Below are positions 26,201 through 39,430 of a stretch of 64,000 nucleotides of DNA, in pieces. Positions within the stretch are counted from its first letter, which is position 1. Every line of letters starts with the position of its first letter. A program made the translations under genes and the position numbers. The stretch lies in NCBI GenBank assembly GCA_036785375.1, contig JAWMAR010000060.1, positions 5,022,001 to 5,086,000 of the forward strand, read 5' to 3'. The stretch is from Leucoraja ocellata. Taxonomy: Eukaryota. The notes under the pieces are model-generated. The model searched no databases, had not been told where the DNA came from, and saw only the letters and a list, made by a program, of their open reading frames with translations.

Positions 26201-29200
26201 AATCGAATATACTTTCGAAAAAATGCACCAACATTTCCAAATCTTTCGTCATCATTTAAAAACGAACAGTTAATTGAAATGACACTATCCCGCAAAAAAA
26301 AAGAAAGGAAAGCGGGCAAATGATTAAATCTCGCCAGTTATACTTTTTGGTTGAACTGTTAATGTTCGATCAACATTTAAGAAACACAAAGCCACCATAA
26401 TTTGATTGTTACATTCCAACGAACTGTTCGATTTTTTTGAAACAGACATATATGCGCATTATTTCGTTAAATATGGGAAACGCATAAGAACAGAGAACAG
26501 GAAAACTGCAAAAGCGCTCTGAATCTTAAGTGCCAAACCAAAGATCCACGGTTCAGCACATTTAAACCCTGTTAATGTTCAGAATAATACATATAGTCAT
26601 TGCGGGGATAGATTTCCAAAAGCTGCATTATGTGTCGGTTGTTGAGGAAACAAATCAAATTTGACAATTGCCGATCAAACGTCAAGATAAAATCACTTGG
26701 TGCTCCATGATAGCATTATGTTGATAAAAGAAGCCATGCAATATCAAGCAAAAACAGAAGGGAGAAATGAAAGAACGAATATGAGCAACCCAGTTCCAGG
26801 AATAAACCTTTTCTTCCTAACCAGCAAATCGAATAGTGCACATATTGTATCTAAATATAAAATGTGGTCCGTGGTTTATTCAAGAAGCAAATACAATGTA
26901 TTTTCTAACCAATTTCCAATGACAATTAAAGTATACTGTTTCTGAAATGAATATCCTGCACTTTCCCTTTTCCGGAGGGTTTTTTTTCTTAATGAAACAA
27001 AAGCGGTTTAACAATGAACTTTCACTCCATCCGAATTCAAATCTTACGTTAGTTGTAACGTACACTGTCGAACCGCTCTTTGATAATTGTGAAGCCACAT
27101 TTCTCAATTCAAGAATCCATGTCGTATATACATGGATCCCGATCACCTACCTTTTGTTAGAAAGATTGGTTATTTTGGAGCTCTTTAAGATATTCAATGA
27201 ATATTGAATTTAAATTGTCAAACATATAGGAACTATTTTATATTGCCTCAAAAAAATAACATACCTCTTTAACTCGTACTTTGGAAGAGCGACAAAGTAT
27301 TTTTCATTATAATTATTTTTGCTGCCCAAAAGCGGCTTTGACATTGATCTAAATGGCGCCACCATGTGGACTGAGGGTCCAACTGGAGGAATTCATTGCC
27401 ATAGCTCCCTGGTGCAGCAGTGCAGAAACATTGAACGAACGCAAAAGGACATTAAGAGGGAGAAGAACTAAACTCAAAAATATGTATACGTTCATAACAT
27501 TAGGACTATAAAATCTACTGCGGTAATATTCAAAAAACAGATAGCTGCAATTATTTTTTTTTAATCACTTGTCCCGCTGTTAGTAACCACAGCAACAGAG
27601 ACGATCCCATGTCATTTGCCTTGAATGCCACAGCCCCTTAATATGCTACTTCACTGGTCTCAACTCCCTCTTCTGCAGATATAAAAGCTTCCACATATAT
27701 TTAACCACCTCCAGTATCACTCATTATTAAAACAACCTCACACGCAACATTAAACTTCCAAGATACTAGAATATGTCTCGCTAGTTTCTCTGCCAATTCA
27801 GTTGATCAACCTCTTATAATCTGGTTTGGTCTCCCGTCACCTCCGGCGGGAGTCTAACCAGAGAATGTAAGCTTCAGGGCTGATTATCCCTTCACCCCCA
27901 AGGTTAGAGGTGACGTCCACGGCGCAACAGAAGTTCAAAGCCAGGAAACAAACAGGAAAACAGAATGAAAATCGGCATTAAAGATATTATAATACAACTG
28001 CAATGCAATGCAATTGTTTCTAATGTACGCCCCTATGTATCCAAACAAACGTCGTCGATAATTTGCCAAACCGACAGTTTTGATTCACAAAATTTCCCAA
28101 AGAGAGTTATTTGTGCTGAATAAAGTTCTAACAAATACAATTTTTGACATATTGGCTAATTGTTCCCATTTGAGCATGCGATTATCAATGTGAAATGACT
28201 ATAGCCCGTGCCAAGGGAAAGATAATTGTACTTGCATTGTCCGAAATTTGATATGAATGCCTTAGCTTCCAGAAAATAAACTAAAGAAAAACGTACCAAT
28301 GTATGTAGACAGATATGAATGTTATCCAGCTTTAATGGTTGCTTATTACGTACATGAAACGAACAATATTACAATACTTTGCAGGTGTTTTAGTTTTCGG
28401 CTTGAATACCCAACGAAGTTCGCCCTCAAGAGAAAGCACCTTCATTACTTTTTCTACATGAAATCCAATTGTGCGCTCTCTCAACATGGACATGCACATT
28501 TACCCCACTTTAGTCAAATTGATAAATATAAATTATATACAAATGTTAAGCAAATGTCGATTTCACATTTAATAAAACAGCATCTGATTGCTCTTAAAAT
28601 AATTGGTGCTACATTTCAAAATCTAAATGCTTAATGTAAAAAAAAACACCACTTCTGTGGTGCATATTCCAGCCTTTTAATACATTTCAGTGTTTTGCAA
28701 AATAAACTAGAATCACAAAAAATAAAGATAACGGCGAGCAGCCAACCGCTGTCATCTGTCATTTTATGAGAATGAACAATAAAAGAAGCTATTTTGATGA
28801 TGTTAATAACAAAGGCCACAACGAAACATTGAATTTAAACTGATAAAATAAACAAAAGTGATTTTGAAGGCTGGTATATGTCGTTAGGTAAAGTGTGGGT
28901 GATTTTTGTACAATACGGCCTATAGGTATATCGGCCTATAAAAAGCTTAAATGGTGAATGTACAGGAAATGTTACCATTGTGCAATAAACACACTTATGT
29001 GTTTAATGAAAATATTTTTCTGTCTTTGGTTCACACGGATAAAGATGGCTTCAAAATGGTGAATAATGTAGACTTGTCACCCTTTGGGGGAATCCGTGAA
29101 AAGGATAGATGCATGAGCAGCAGCTTTCAAACCCAATTCCTATACACATTCATAATGTACCAAAAGAGCGACATATTTACAATACTTTGTGCTCAAGTAT

Positions 29201-30319
29201 GCCATCACGGGTAGCATCTCTTCCTTTTGAAAATTGAAAAGTAAAAACCGCATTTGTAAATTACGAAGCACAATGGGTCAAGTACAAATAAACACACACG
29301 GATTGCTTCAGCGAGCATAAAATAGCCGGTTTTCAAATATCTTATTATTCCAAGCTATGTATTAAATGGTAAGGTGTTTATATATCGAGGCCAACAGCTA
29401 AAATATACAGATTTGTACATGTTAAACAGAATTTAACCACACTTGTTTATTTTAATGACTAATATAAATTCCACACTCATTAGAAACGGTGTTTCTTTTT
29501 GCTATGAATTTCAAATTGGATATTTGCATGCATGTTACCTTTTGGGGTAATAATGGAGGTGGGGGTGGGGAGTACTGATTGATATGTATGGAAATAAATG
29601 TGGATCTATTGTGGAGATGGAAGTTGTCATCTGCCTTTTCTAGAGACGAGTTTTAGTATGCTGAACAGCGATAAGCAGGCATTATTTGTAGAACTGCTGC
29701 GCTACGTTCCCTCCTTTCAGAAGGCTCAGTTGCAAAAGAACGAGACTGCTTGCTACTAGTTGTAACCGAAGATAACAAATATATATCCAATGAGTGCCAC
29801 TGTAATGTTCCTAATCTAAAGCATGCGCTTCTTATCGCCTTATTTTTAAAAATACGTTTATATTGCAGCTGGTCCACAACAGTCCACTCCTTCTCCCAGA
29901 CCTTCAGTACACGTGTCCGTTCATGGATAGAAGCTGCCTTCTTCCTTGAATTTAAAAAAAAATCGGTTTCGCTTAACTAAGTCCAAACGTTCACCTTGAC
30001 ATCTCAAAAGTTAATCTCAAGAGATACTCTATGTATTAAATATATAGGAGACGTGTGTGTATTAATAAGTGTGTGAGTGCGTGGGTCTGTGTGTGGCTGT
30101 GTGTGAAGTCAACGATGAACATTAATTCCAGTTACTTTTTAAAGTTGAAACTAGACGTCCCCATTAGTTTTGAAAAGTTGTCTGGCCCGTCAGAGTTGTA
30201 TTAAAGTGTCTGCTCACAAACTCGAACTTGAGCTTTTTTTTACCTCTGCCTTCTGGCCTGGCCGATTTCATCGTAGAAGTTAGGAAGGTGGAATGCCTCT
30301 TTGTAAACTCAGTCTAATC

Positions 30320-30552
30320 TCAGAGCAATGGATTCGTAGTGTAATATTGAAGGCGGTCCCTGTTCAACTTCTTTTCCTTCATCCTCCTGTTCTGAAACCA
30401 AATTTTAACTTGGCGGTCGGTTAAATTGAGCATGCGGGAAAGTTGTAGGCGCTTCTCCTTATTGATGTAGACACTGAAAAAAAATTCTCTCTCCAGCTCC
30501 CTGATCTGGTACTTGGTATAGGGGCATCTTTTTTTACGTGTACGCTGGCCAC
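30320..30552 (-). CDS. HOXA11: HoxA11 exon 2 (homeodomain)
   Basis: Absent from the ORF track (no internal start). Acceptor tgttacag|GT at 30553/30552. Translates [79 protein letters not shown] at 30320-30322. Confidence 0.96.
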
Positions 30553-31603
30553 CTGTAACAGGTAAACAGTACGTTAAAACATTGATAAGTCAGAGTAGCC
30601 AATGTTTTACTCAGGAGCAACATATACTTTGCTGTAATTCGGAGCACCTCTACATAATTCATACTTTTTACACAGCAATATCTACCACCAATGACGATAT
30701 ACAGAAGACTTCGCGAAAGCTTTAAAGCGCATTTTAACATGTTGAATGGGTCTTGAAACATAAGATGGCTGCCTCGGTTACCATAATGCTTGTGGAACTT
30801 CTGAAGTTAAAGCTGTGATACTCCCTTTCCAAATAGTATTTGAAATTACAAAAGGGCTTTCCGTACCCAGGAACTACCCGCATTTGGAAGATAAATGATT
30901 TTTACAGATGAAACGCCCGAGTATGAGAGCATTAAAGACAGAAAATAAATGAAGAGCACGACGTTTTATTTAATTTAGGTTGTTAAATCTAAAAGGATTT
31001 GAAGCATGACACAATCGCCCTGTCATTATAAAGGTGCTGGGAACAGGAATTGGGTTTCTTAAGGGAGGGGGCTTTGTTGTGTAGATATTCCGTGTTGTAA
31101 AAGTCGACATAAGCATGATCCAGAAGTACTGCTGTAGCGTTAAAGCTGTGCTTATCGCACGTCCAGCTATAAAATGTGATTATTAAATAAAATATGGTCA
31201 CTCAATCTGAAATAAGTTTTTATGATGGAAAACCCTGTGCTTAAGGTATTGTACTATTTATGTTGCTGTTAAAAATGTCATTTTACCCTGTTATGTTTTA
31301 AAGCGGTTACTTATGGAACTGAATACAACCTATAAATAGAGGTTTTGTGTCAACACGTGTTTTATAGAATTCGTGTGCTGTATTCATACACGCGCAGATC
31401 ACAACGGCCAAAAGGCTATTTTTCATGAATGCACACCTAATCATTTAAATGACCATATTTTAATCCAAATTTCACATTTAGAGGTGCTAGTTGAGCTATT
31501 TTAATGCAGGGATTGGCTGGTGTTATTTCACGGCCAATTTCAGAGCGGAACACGTGATCCTGTCATTTATTTAAAAAAAAGTTTTGTTGGGAAATCTACA
31601 GGC

Positions 31604-31650
31604 CATCCATAAACCCCCTTATATGCTTATAAAACAGCACATAAAATTTT
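31604..31650. promoter_or_regulatory. Cluster of TTTAT (Cdx/Abd-B-type) sites in the 5' part of the HoxA11 intron
   Basis: ccataaa...ttataaaa...cataaaa within ~45 bp, 60-100 nt from the donor, resembling HB-1-type Hox intron elements. Confidence 0.5.
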
Positions 31651-31710
31651 TAACAGCAGCGCGCGAGATCGCAAAACTTTCCTTCATAAGTAGGCACTGA
31701 TTCTACCTAC

Positions 31711-32320
31711 TAGAGTTGCTGCTTTTTTCCTCATTGTTGCCGGAAGAAGATTCCGGGCTGCTGCTCCCGGGACTCGTCTCCTTCTCCACCGACACCCTGG
31801 AAGTCTCCGAACTTGAAATTGCCGCAGACGGCACTTTACCTGGGCTCTTCTCCCCGCAATACTCCGACTGCTGATTCTCACTAGAACCGTAGGCAGTCTC
31901 GAAGAACTGATCAAATCCTTGCGGCAGGACACCGTTCCTACCCACCGGGTTGTAGAAGCTGGAAGTCGCGTTGGAACTGGGGTGGTAAACGCTGGCGCTA
32001 TTTTTCATTAACATCTCGCCCATGGTGCTGGCAGGCAGGCATTCTCTGTGCATCAGCTCCTCTGCGGAATAGCAGTGGGGGAGATTGCTTCTGTGATGCC
32101 ACTTATTGGAAGGATCGATGGCATAGTCTCTGAAGGTAACTTCCCGCACAGGTTGAACCTGGGGGATATTAGACGAGTAAGAATATGTCATGGGACGAGA
32201 AGCCGGTGTTTGAGGTAAAAATGAAGGCAGGCTGGAGAAATCCGGACCGGAGACATAATAGGTACAGCTAGGCAAATAAAGGTTAGAGCCACAAGGAACC
32301 CGCTCATCAAAATCCATCAT
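31711..32320 (-). CDS. HOXA11: HoxA11 exon 1
   Basis: [35 protein letters not shown]...[12 protein letters not shown]...[19 protein letters not shown]. Donor TCT A|GTAGGT at 31711/31710. Spliced CDS is 843 nt, 280 aa. Confidence 0.96.
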
Positions 32321-35300
32321 CGCTTTCTTGGGGTCCCCTAGCGCAAGAATAGCTTGCATTCGCACAGCTAAACATGGTCCTTAGATGCTGCTGCCTCTTT
32401 GAAGCTGATCCGCGGAGTAAAAATTTGGAAACGTAAGCTGACGTGGAAATGTATCTCCATACATCGCAGGAACCAGCCGGTCATGTGACCAGATGCCTGG
32501 AGAAATTGACATGCATCACTTTGGATTCCCCCCTCGCACCAGGAGCGCAAAGCTCTTTACAACTGAGCTCTGCACATTTCTAAACGGGGAAAGGAAAGCT
32601 CGAATAATACTGTGAAGGTGTTCAAGTTTCACACCAGAGACGCATTTGGCACATTTACTCCATGCCGCTCCAACAAGCTGACTCGAATCAAGAGTAGACA
32701 TGGAAAGAACTTATAACCATTTCCGCAGCAAAAATGTCAAACACTGATTTTTTTTTAAAGGGCGATTTTTGAATTATTACGCACATTGGACGAAAACCCC
32801 AGAAAATTACATAATGTTGGAAAATACTCCCCTTATCTTTTTGTCTTGTCATTTTAATGAGAAATAACGTACAAAATATTTATTTCACCAGCAGAGAATG
32901 TGTGTATCTATACACGAATAATCACAAACTATGTAAGAATCTTCCAGAGACGTGAAGTGGGAGCGGATTTTTTTTTTAATGAATAAATCATGATTTATCT
33001 ACCTATATCTTCTCTGTTTTCAACCCGAATACCCTCACTTCCACGTCCCCACTCAACAGAAATAAACGACGGAAGCATACAGTCATTTGTAGACCCCCCA
33101 TAAAAGCCGTGGGGAAGATGAGTTAGACTGACTACAGGTCCGGAATTGAATATTGGCTTGTTTGTGTCTTAGTGAGTGTAGCCGAATAGCTTTTAGGTGA
33201 TTTTCTTCATAAAAATTGAATCCGCACGGAACTGCCACATTGCGTTTCATAAATGTGTGTTGGTGCTTGTAATTTGAGGATAAATGGGCATGGTCACGTT
33301 CAACACCACACACAAACCCATCGCCCTCTCGATACAATTCTCTAAGCTAGATGCCATTTAGCTGGATTTCAGGAAATATTTTCGAAAACAGTCTATTGGT
33401 CAATCAGCTTTATATTTCAGGCGGAGTTCTTATGAACACGCTATTTTCGACAGAACACTGGTAATTATATATTTTAAAATGTTTAGGTGAAACAGGCGTG
33501 AACAAAGACGGAAAAAAATCCATTTGACATTGGCCGTGGGCACATTGTTCTGTATTTCTATGAAATCTCAACAAAGTCATATGAATATGAAGCGGACTTG
33601 TATTTACTGTGTTTAGGGTTAAATAACAATAGTTTAGTTTGGCTAGGGAAAGATTAATTAAAGAACAGCCAATAAAAGTGCATTTTATTTAGATATATTA
33701 GTGCCATCTAACAAACTATATGGTTTAAATGCACACTAGGAGCTTGAAAGTGATGCAATGAATTCCGATGCTGTTGAACAGAATGGTGCCATAGATAAGA
33801 GTTGAAGTTAAACTTTGCTTTAAGAATTTGTCACATATTAGCTTATTGCTGTTCCAAAAACAATTGCGCTGTGCCAAAACAAACAGGTTTCCTGGGGATA
33901 AGGGCCTTTGCCATAAACATTTGCCAGAAAGACCTTACTCTGAATTGTTTCACGTACAAAAATACTCTTAACGAGCAACCGTGTTAGTTGCAAGTTAATA
34001 AGTTAATCTTTTTTTCTAATTGTTTCTTTGCTATAAGCATACAGCAATGATATGAAAAGGTCTACAAAACACTCGAAATATAGATGTTATTTGTTTTTCT
34101 GGCCCGCGCAACCGAATAAATCACTCGTTGTAAAAATAAGGCCATCTTATAAAAGAATAACAGTAGATTCCGGAAACACTAAGGATATTAATAGGATTTT
34201 CGATGCCATAATTCGCAATAAGGATCAGCAACACTCGGTGTAAATATTATTTGTCGCATTCAACCGTTCGACAATCCGGTTATCTTTATATTACACTATA
34301 GGACATATCTATATTTTATTTTAACTTATATATACATACAAATATTGAAAAAATATATGCACCGAATACAACGAAACTGCGAAGCCATACAGTGAAATCG
34401 CAGTTCTAAATTAAGATCCAAATTAATTCCTGTTCAGTCGTTTTAAAAAAACACGATTCACATTTGGGACGTTTAGTAACTGTGGTCAAAACTGCAGATG
34501 TAAAATCTGAAATTTTACAGTTAAAAGAAAAACATAGTGAAGTCCAGGAGGATATTGACACGATTCGTCCCTGTACGGGTGGACAAATTCCGATACAGCG
34601 CTTTTCATAATATAATTAAATATAATACGCCTACGAGAACCGAGAGCGGTGTAGCTTGACCTGTGGTTTTAATAGCAGTTTTGACAACCAGCTTCACTAG
34701 ACGCCCGCATAGACATTGTAGCCGACCAGGGGTTAGCTAAAGACGCCACCTACATGGAATCCCTGACATTCCCAGCTAACGTGAGCAACCAGGCGTTCCC
34801 AAAAGCGACAAGGACGCGCTCTTTGTCTGATAAAAATCGGGCAGAAATTTGAAGGAGTAAGCTTTTTAGCCGGACATTGCACGTTTTAACCACCAGTGGC
34901 ACAGAATCTACTTTCTTGTCTTTTTTCTTTCTTACCGAAAGGTTGAATTATACGTGAATGAATTGCTATACAATTTACCAAACAACGTAATCTGCTATAA
35001 CAGTGTTAGAAGAACAAGATTAACAAAATTACAACTATCTAATATACCTACAAATTAAAAAAGGAAGCTGGCGATGGCATTTCCGTTTAAATAAAAGCCG
35101 AAAATGATCTTAGATACAGTCACTATTTAATGGCTGCGCCATTTTCTAATCGTTTGTATTTCTCACCTATCATACTATCTTTGCAGTAAGTATCGCCCTT
35201 TCTCATAGCTGATTTTCAATTATAGATTTAGGATCAATTTGACTTTTTAATTTCGTTTTAGTTGTATTGCAGCCTTTAGGAACACATTTAAATAATGCCC

Positions 35301-38300
35301 AAGAGTTAATTCTAAAAAATAAAAGTACCTACCTTGTTTATCTTTAATTTAACGCAAACTCTCGCCATTTGGTGGATATTTGATGTGAATGAAATCTAAT
35401 GTAAATGCCGAAGTTTAAGGAGATCGGTGAATTATTGCGGCGCAGGCTATTTTCCTGCAGGAGTCCAACTCCGTGGGAGAGCTGAGACCCGGATGAAGTT
35501 AATTTTTCTTCACACTGAGGTGTATTTTAAAGCTTTGTTGAAGATATTGTCTAAAACAAAATCTGGTTAAAACTGTTCATGTGAAGGTTTGAACACAAAA
35601 ACAAGTACCCTAATAAGACAAGGGCTAGGGAAAGTTTACATCTGAGTTTTGCGAGGAATTTACGCTTAAGAGCTCGCAGCCGACTTAACATTGAACTTCA
35701 ACTTTGGAAAAGGCTGCGCACGAGAAATGTATATACTTGACAAAAACAAGATTTGCATCATGCGAAGTTAAAGGTTTAATGAAAGGAAAATATCTTAAAT
35801 CTATTGGTCGTCTTGAAAAAAAAAGGATCAAGGCCTTCCGCCACTTGCGGTGTCGACTGTGTCATTAAAAGAGACGGCCTGGAAAAGTAAAGGAAAATAC
35901 ACTGTGCCGCGCTTAGATTCATTCATTTTGATGTCTCACTATCCACGGGTTAAAAGCTGAAAATTGTACTTCCAGCTGGCATACTTGTATTGTCACTGTA
36001 AACCAGTGTGGGATGAAAACGGCCAGCTATATTGTTCTTTGCAGGTTTTATAAGGGATAGTATCCGCATTACTTCTTAATTTCTCCCACGAATTACATTA
36101 GACCCTAATTATCGTTGGCAAATGAAACAACATAATTGCGTGTAACAACAAAGTATGTTGCTATATTACGCCCCAAGCCATTTCTCTAACATGGAATGGT
36201 TCAGCTCATTTCTGCAATATCTCCCCTTGCCCTCCTGAATGACAAATGAAAATAGCATCTTCGTGCTTAAAGGGAAATGGACAGTTTCTGCTGTAATATG
36301 AAGTTACAATCAGGATTTTTTTTTTAAAGAACCACCGTCTTTAACGGTATTCGTCTATTTATTGCAATATCTGCCTTTATTAACTTGGTCAAATATGAAC
36401 TGATTTTGGAATTAGTTCGATAAACTGTGAAACTTAAAAACTCCCCCCCCCAAAAAATCTACATTCTACGCCAAATCAAATAAAAACAAATTCCTTCTTG
36501 GTAGTGGGGTTGGGGAGACATGCAATGTCTTTATTTTCCTTTTTTTTAACCACAGACATTACGAATCTCAAAATCTAAAGTGAGAATCACTGGTTTCAAA
36601 TGAGTGCGTTACTTTTCAACGAAAATCATGTCGATTTTTTGTGTGCAGGGTTGTTTTGTCCTCTTGTTCAGTGTCACTGACAGTGACAAGACAACGGGAA
36701 CCGGCGGCCATTTTTATGCCTGATGTCTCCGAAATTTTGTAAAGTTCAGTTAAATACTTGCAGAACCTCGTTCCTTAGTCGAACGAAGAGTTGAATTGCT
36801 AAAAAGTCAGTCTTTTAAGATGTGAAAATACGTCGAGAATTTATAGGGTTGAGATCCCAAGCGGATTGTTGTCCTTGAATTTAAAAACAATGCTAGATCT
36901 GTATCGATTAGGTTTATTTAGATTTTGTTGACCCGCAGTGGGGTTATTGAAATTAATATATCAAATATCATGCACATTGAATATTATGGCCCTAATTAAG
37001 CGAAAAATATATGTTCAATTTGCTCTTCTATTATACTTTTTTTTCCCTATGAAAACCAGTGAAACACCGCAATGAACATTCGGCAAGTCAAGTTCGGCAA
37101 TAAAAGCAAAACGCACTCCGCACCATTCGCCGAAAATGCACATTTAATATCTTTTAACCACTATATGCTATTTCAGTTTTTTTTTTAAGAAATCAATGTT
37201 TTGTGTAATGAAGGTTTTTTATTAATGTCTGTCATATTTACTATTCGGAATATAATACTTCAATTTTGATAAATACTAGATTAGCTAGATTCCAAGTTCT
37301 AACCTACCCATAGTCTCAATAAAATTACAGAAAATGAATGGTAAGTTTCATTGTGACAATTTTGTGCCTTTTTTAACACTAAATCCCACAACGTGGAGCT
37401 CAACTGCATCAAGTTGTCCAGTGATGCAGGGCAAAAAAACCCTCAGCGGTGGTTTTCAGCACACCTCGGGAAAATAAATGACTCGTTAATTAATATTGAG
37501 GCTTCTCTTTTGCACAATTAGACCTGACCATCGAAGAATTAGCATTCTATTTGCAAATAACCACTTCGTTTCGCTTCCAGGCATTTTTTAGTCTATTCTA
37601 TGCGAATTTATTTAGAACTAATCCATTATCGGTTTCAAAGACATGCGTATTTGAAATGTACTGCTGCGTTCACGGGATAGATTTAATCCTGGCACACACA
37701 ATTTGACAAGTTGAAGAACTACCCTTTAGACACAATAGCGTTTCAGGTCTATGTTAAGAATTTCAAAGGCAAGAGTCCTCGACTATAAAGATAAAGATAA
37801 TTCAGCAAACCCATCACTAGTTCTGTAGTGATTTTCGGTAATATATGTTTCACGAATTTACACAAAAATGTGATGTTCCATGCTAATCGGCCCACTATTT
37901 GATTTCAATATATAAGCCGTTATATATTCTTATGTATTCATGAATACTGAAATATCTACAGGGTATGGGAAATTTTATCCGAACTGTCGAATTTGAACTT
38001 GAAAGCTTACGTTGAACTTGGCTTGTTGTCACAGACCGGAATTGCAGAACTTATTTCGGTAAATGCACTCCATTCCCCTGTAACTATTCCTTCTGTTTTA
38101 GGATGAATTCTTCCAGCTTTCTTATCCTCTGCCTTTCAATAAATAGCCGCCGCCTCAGATATGCTGGGCTCACAACATTTCCCGCAGTCTCATGCTATAA
38201 GTATGCCCATTTGGCATACTTAGATAAACAGAGACGAGGCGACAGTCTAATTGCATCGTGTCTTTGGTAAATTAGAATATAGAAAGTCGCGATGCAATTG

Positions 38301-39339
38301 TCTCCCAGATGAACAATTCGGGACGCACACTCGTCTCGCATATGTCCATTAAACCTGCAGTACGGCAAAATGTATTAATCCTTTCACCAAGTGGAGTAAA
38401 TAAAATCAAAGTGAAATGCTGAAAATACGTGAAGTGTCAACAACAGGACAGGCCCGCGACTGCGTGCGTTAAGGATGGAGTCAGCAATGTTATATCATGA
38501 AAGTTAAAATTAACGAATTTCAACTGCATTCATTCTGATGTGGATGATGCTTTGTTGATGAGTTGTGTAAATTAATTTGAATGACTGTAGTTCTGAATGC
38601 ATTTTATTTTCTACCCCTAATTGCAGAACGTAATAAATGTTTGAAGCATAATGGGCAAAGTTCTAACCACTATATGCTATTTCAGTTTTTTGAAGAACAC
38701 TTGCTCACAGAGCTGTGAACTCAGCGACCATTGGAACTTGTATTTGATCTGTTTACACTCAGCTACCTGTCCCATTTGGAGAAGGGAAGTGAACATTTCA
38801 CTGCTAATTCATGAACTATTTTAAAACAACGTACATTAGAATGAAGTCTTTCCACTTTCCGAATTGAGATTCAAAAACATAACACTTCACATTAATAAAT
38901 ATGAGGACTAAGCTTCCAAGTTGAATACTAGGAGGAGCATTGCTATCTGTATTATATTTTGTCAAACATCAAAGAACACCACTACCCTACTAGACAGCTG
39001 ATTTGCAAGACGATATATAAAAATGTATAATGTAAAAACATCCAATATTTCATAATCTTTACTGGAAATTAGATTTACTTTCAGAAACACTGTGCACATA
39101 TGTTTTAATAAATTATGTTTCCTTAGGTATCATCCAAATTATTCAGGGCATGCATTTGGCGTTGGAATGAATAATAATGTAATTGAATATTAACTTACCA
39201 TTATTGTTCAGCAAAGAAAATCTCGTACATTGAACAGTTAGGTTTAATTTCAAAGAAATTCTAAATTAGAATATAAAATACAATTTAAACATTGTGGCTA
39301 TGTGAATTTATATTGTTAATGCAATTACACTGATATAAT

Positions 39340-39430
39340 TGAAGAAGGGTCTCGACCCGAAACGTTAATATTTCCTTCTCTCCAGAGACGCTGCCTGTCC
39401 CGCTGAGTTCAGCATTTTGTGTCTATCTTC
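39340..39430 (+). mobile_element. Penelope-like/MER6-like repeat fragment with hammerhead-like core
   Basis: tgaagaagggtctcgacccgaaacgtt...ctccagagacgctgcctgtcccgctgagt...cagcattttgtgtcta. Same family as the copies at 51.6-52.0 kb. Confidence 0.65.
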
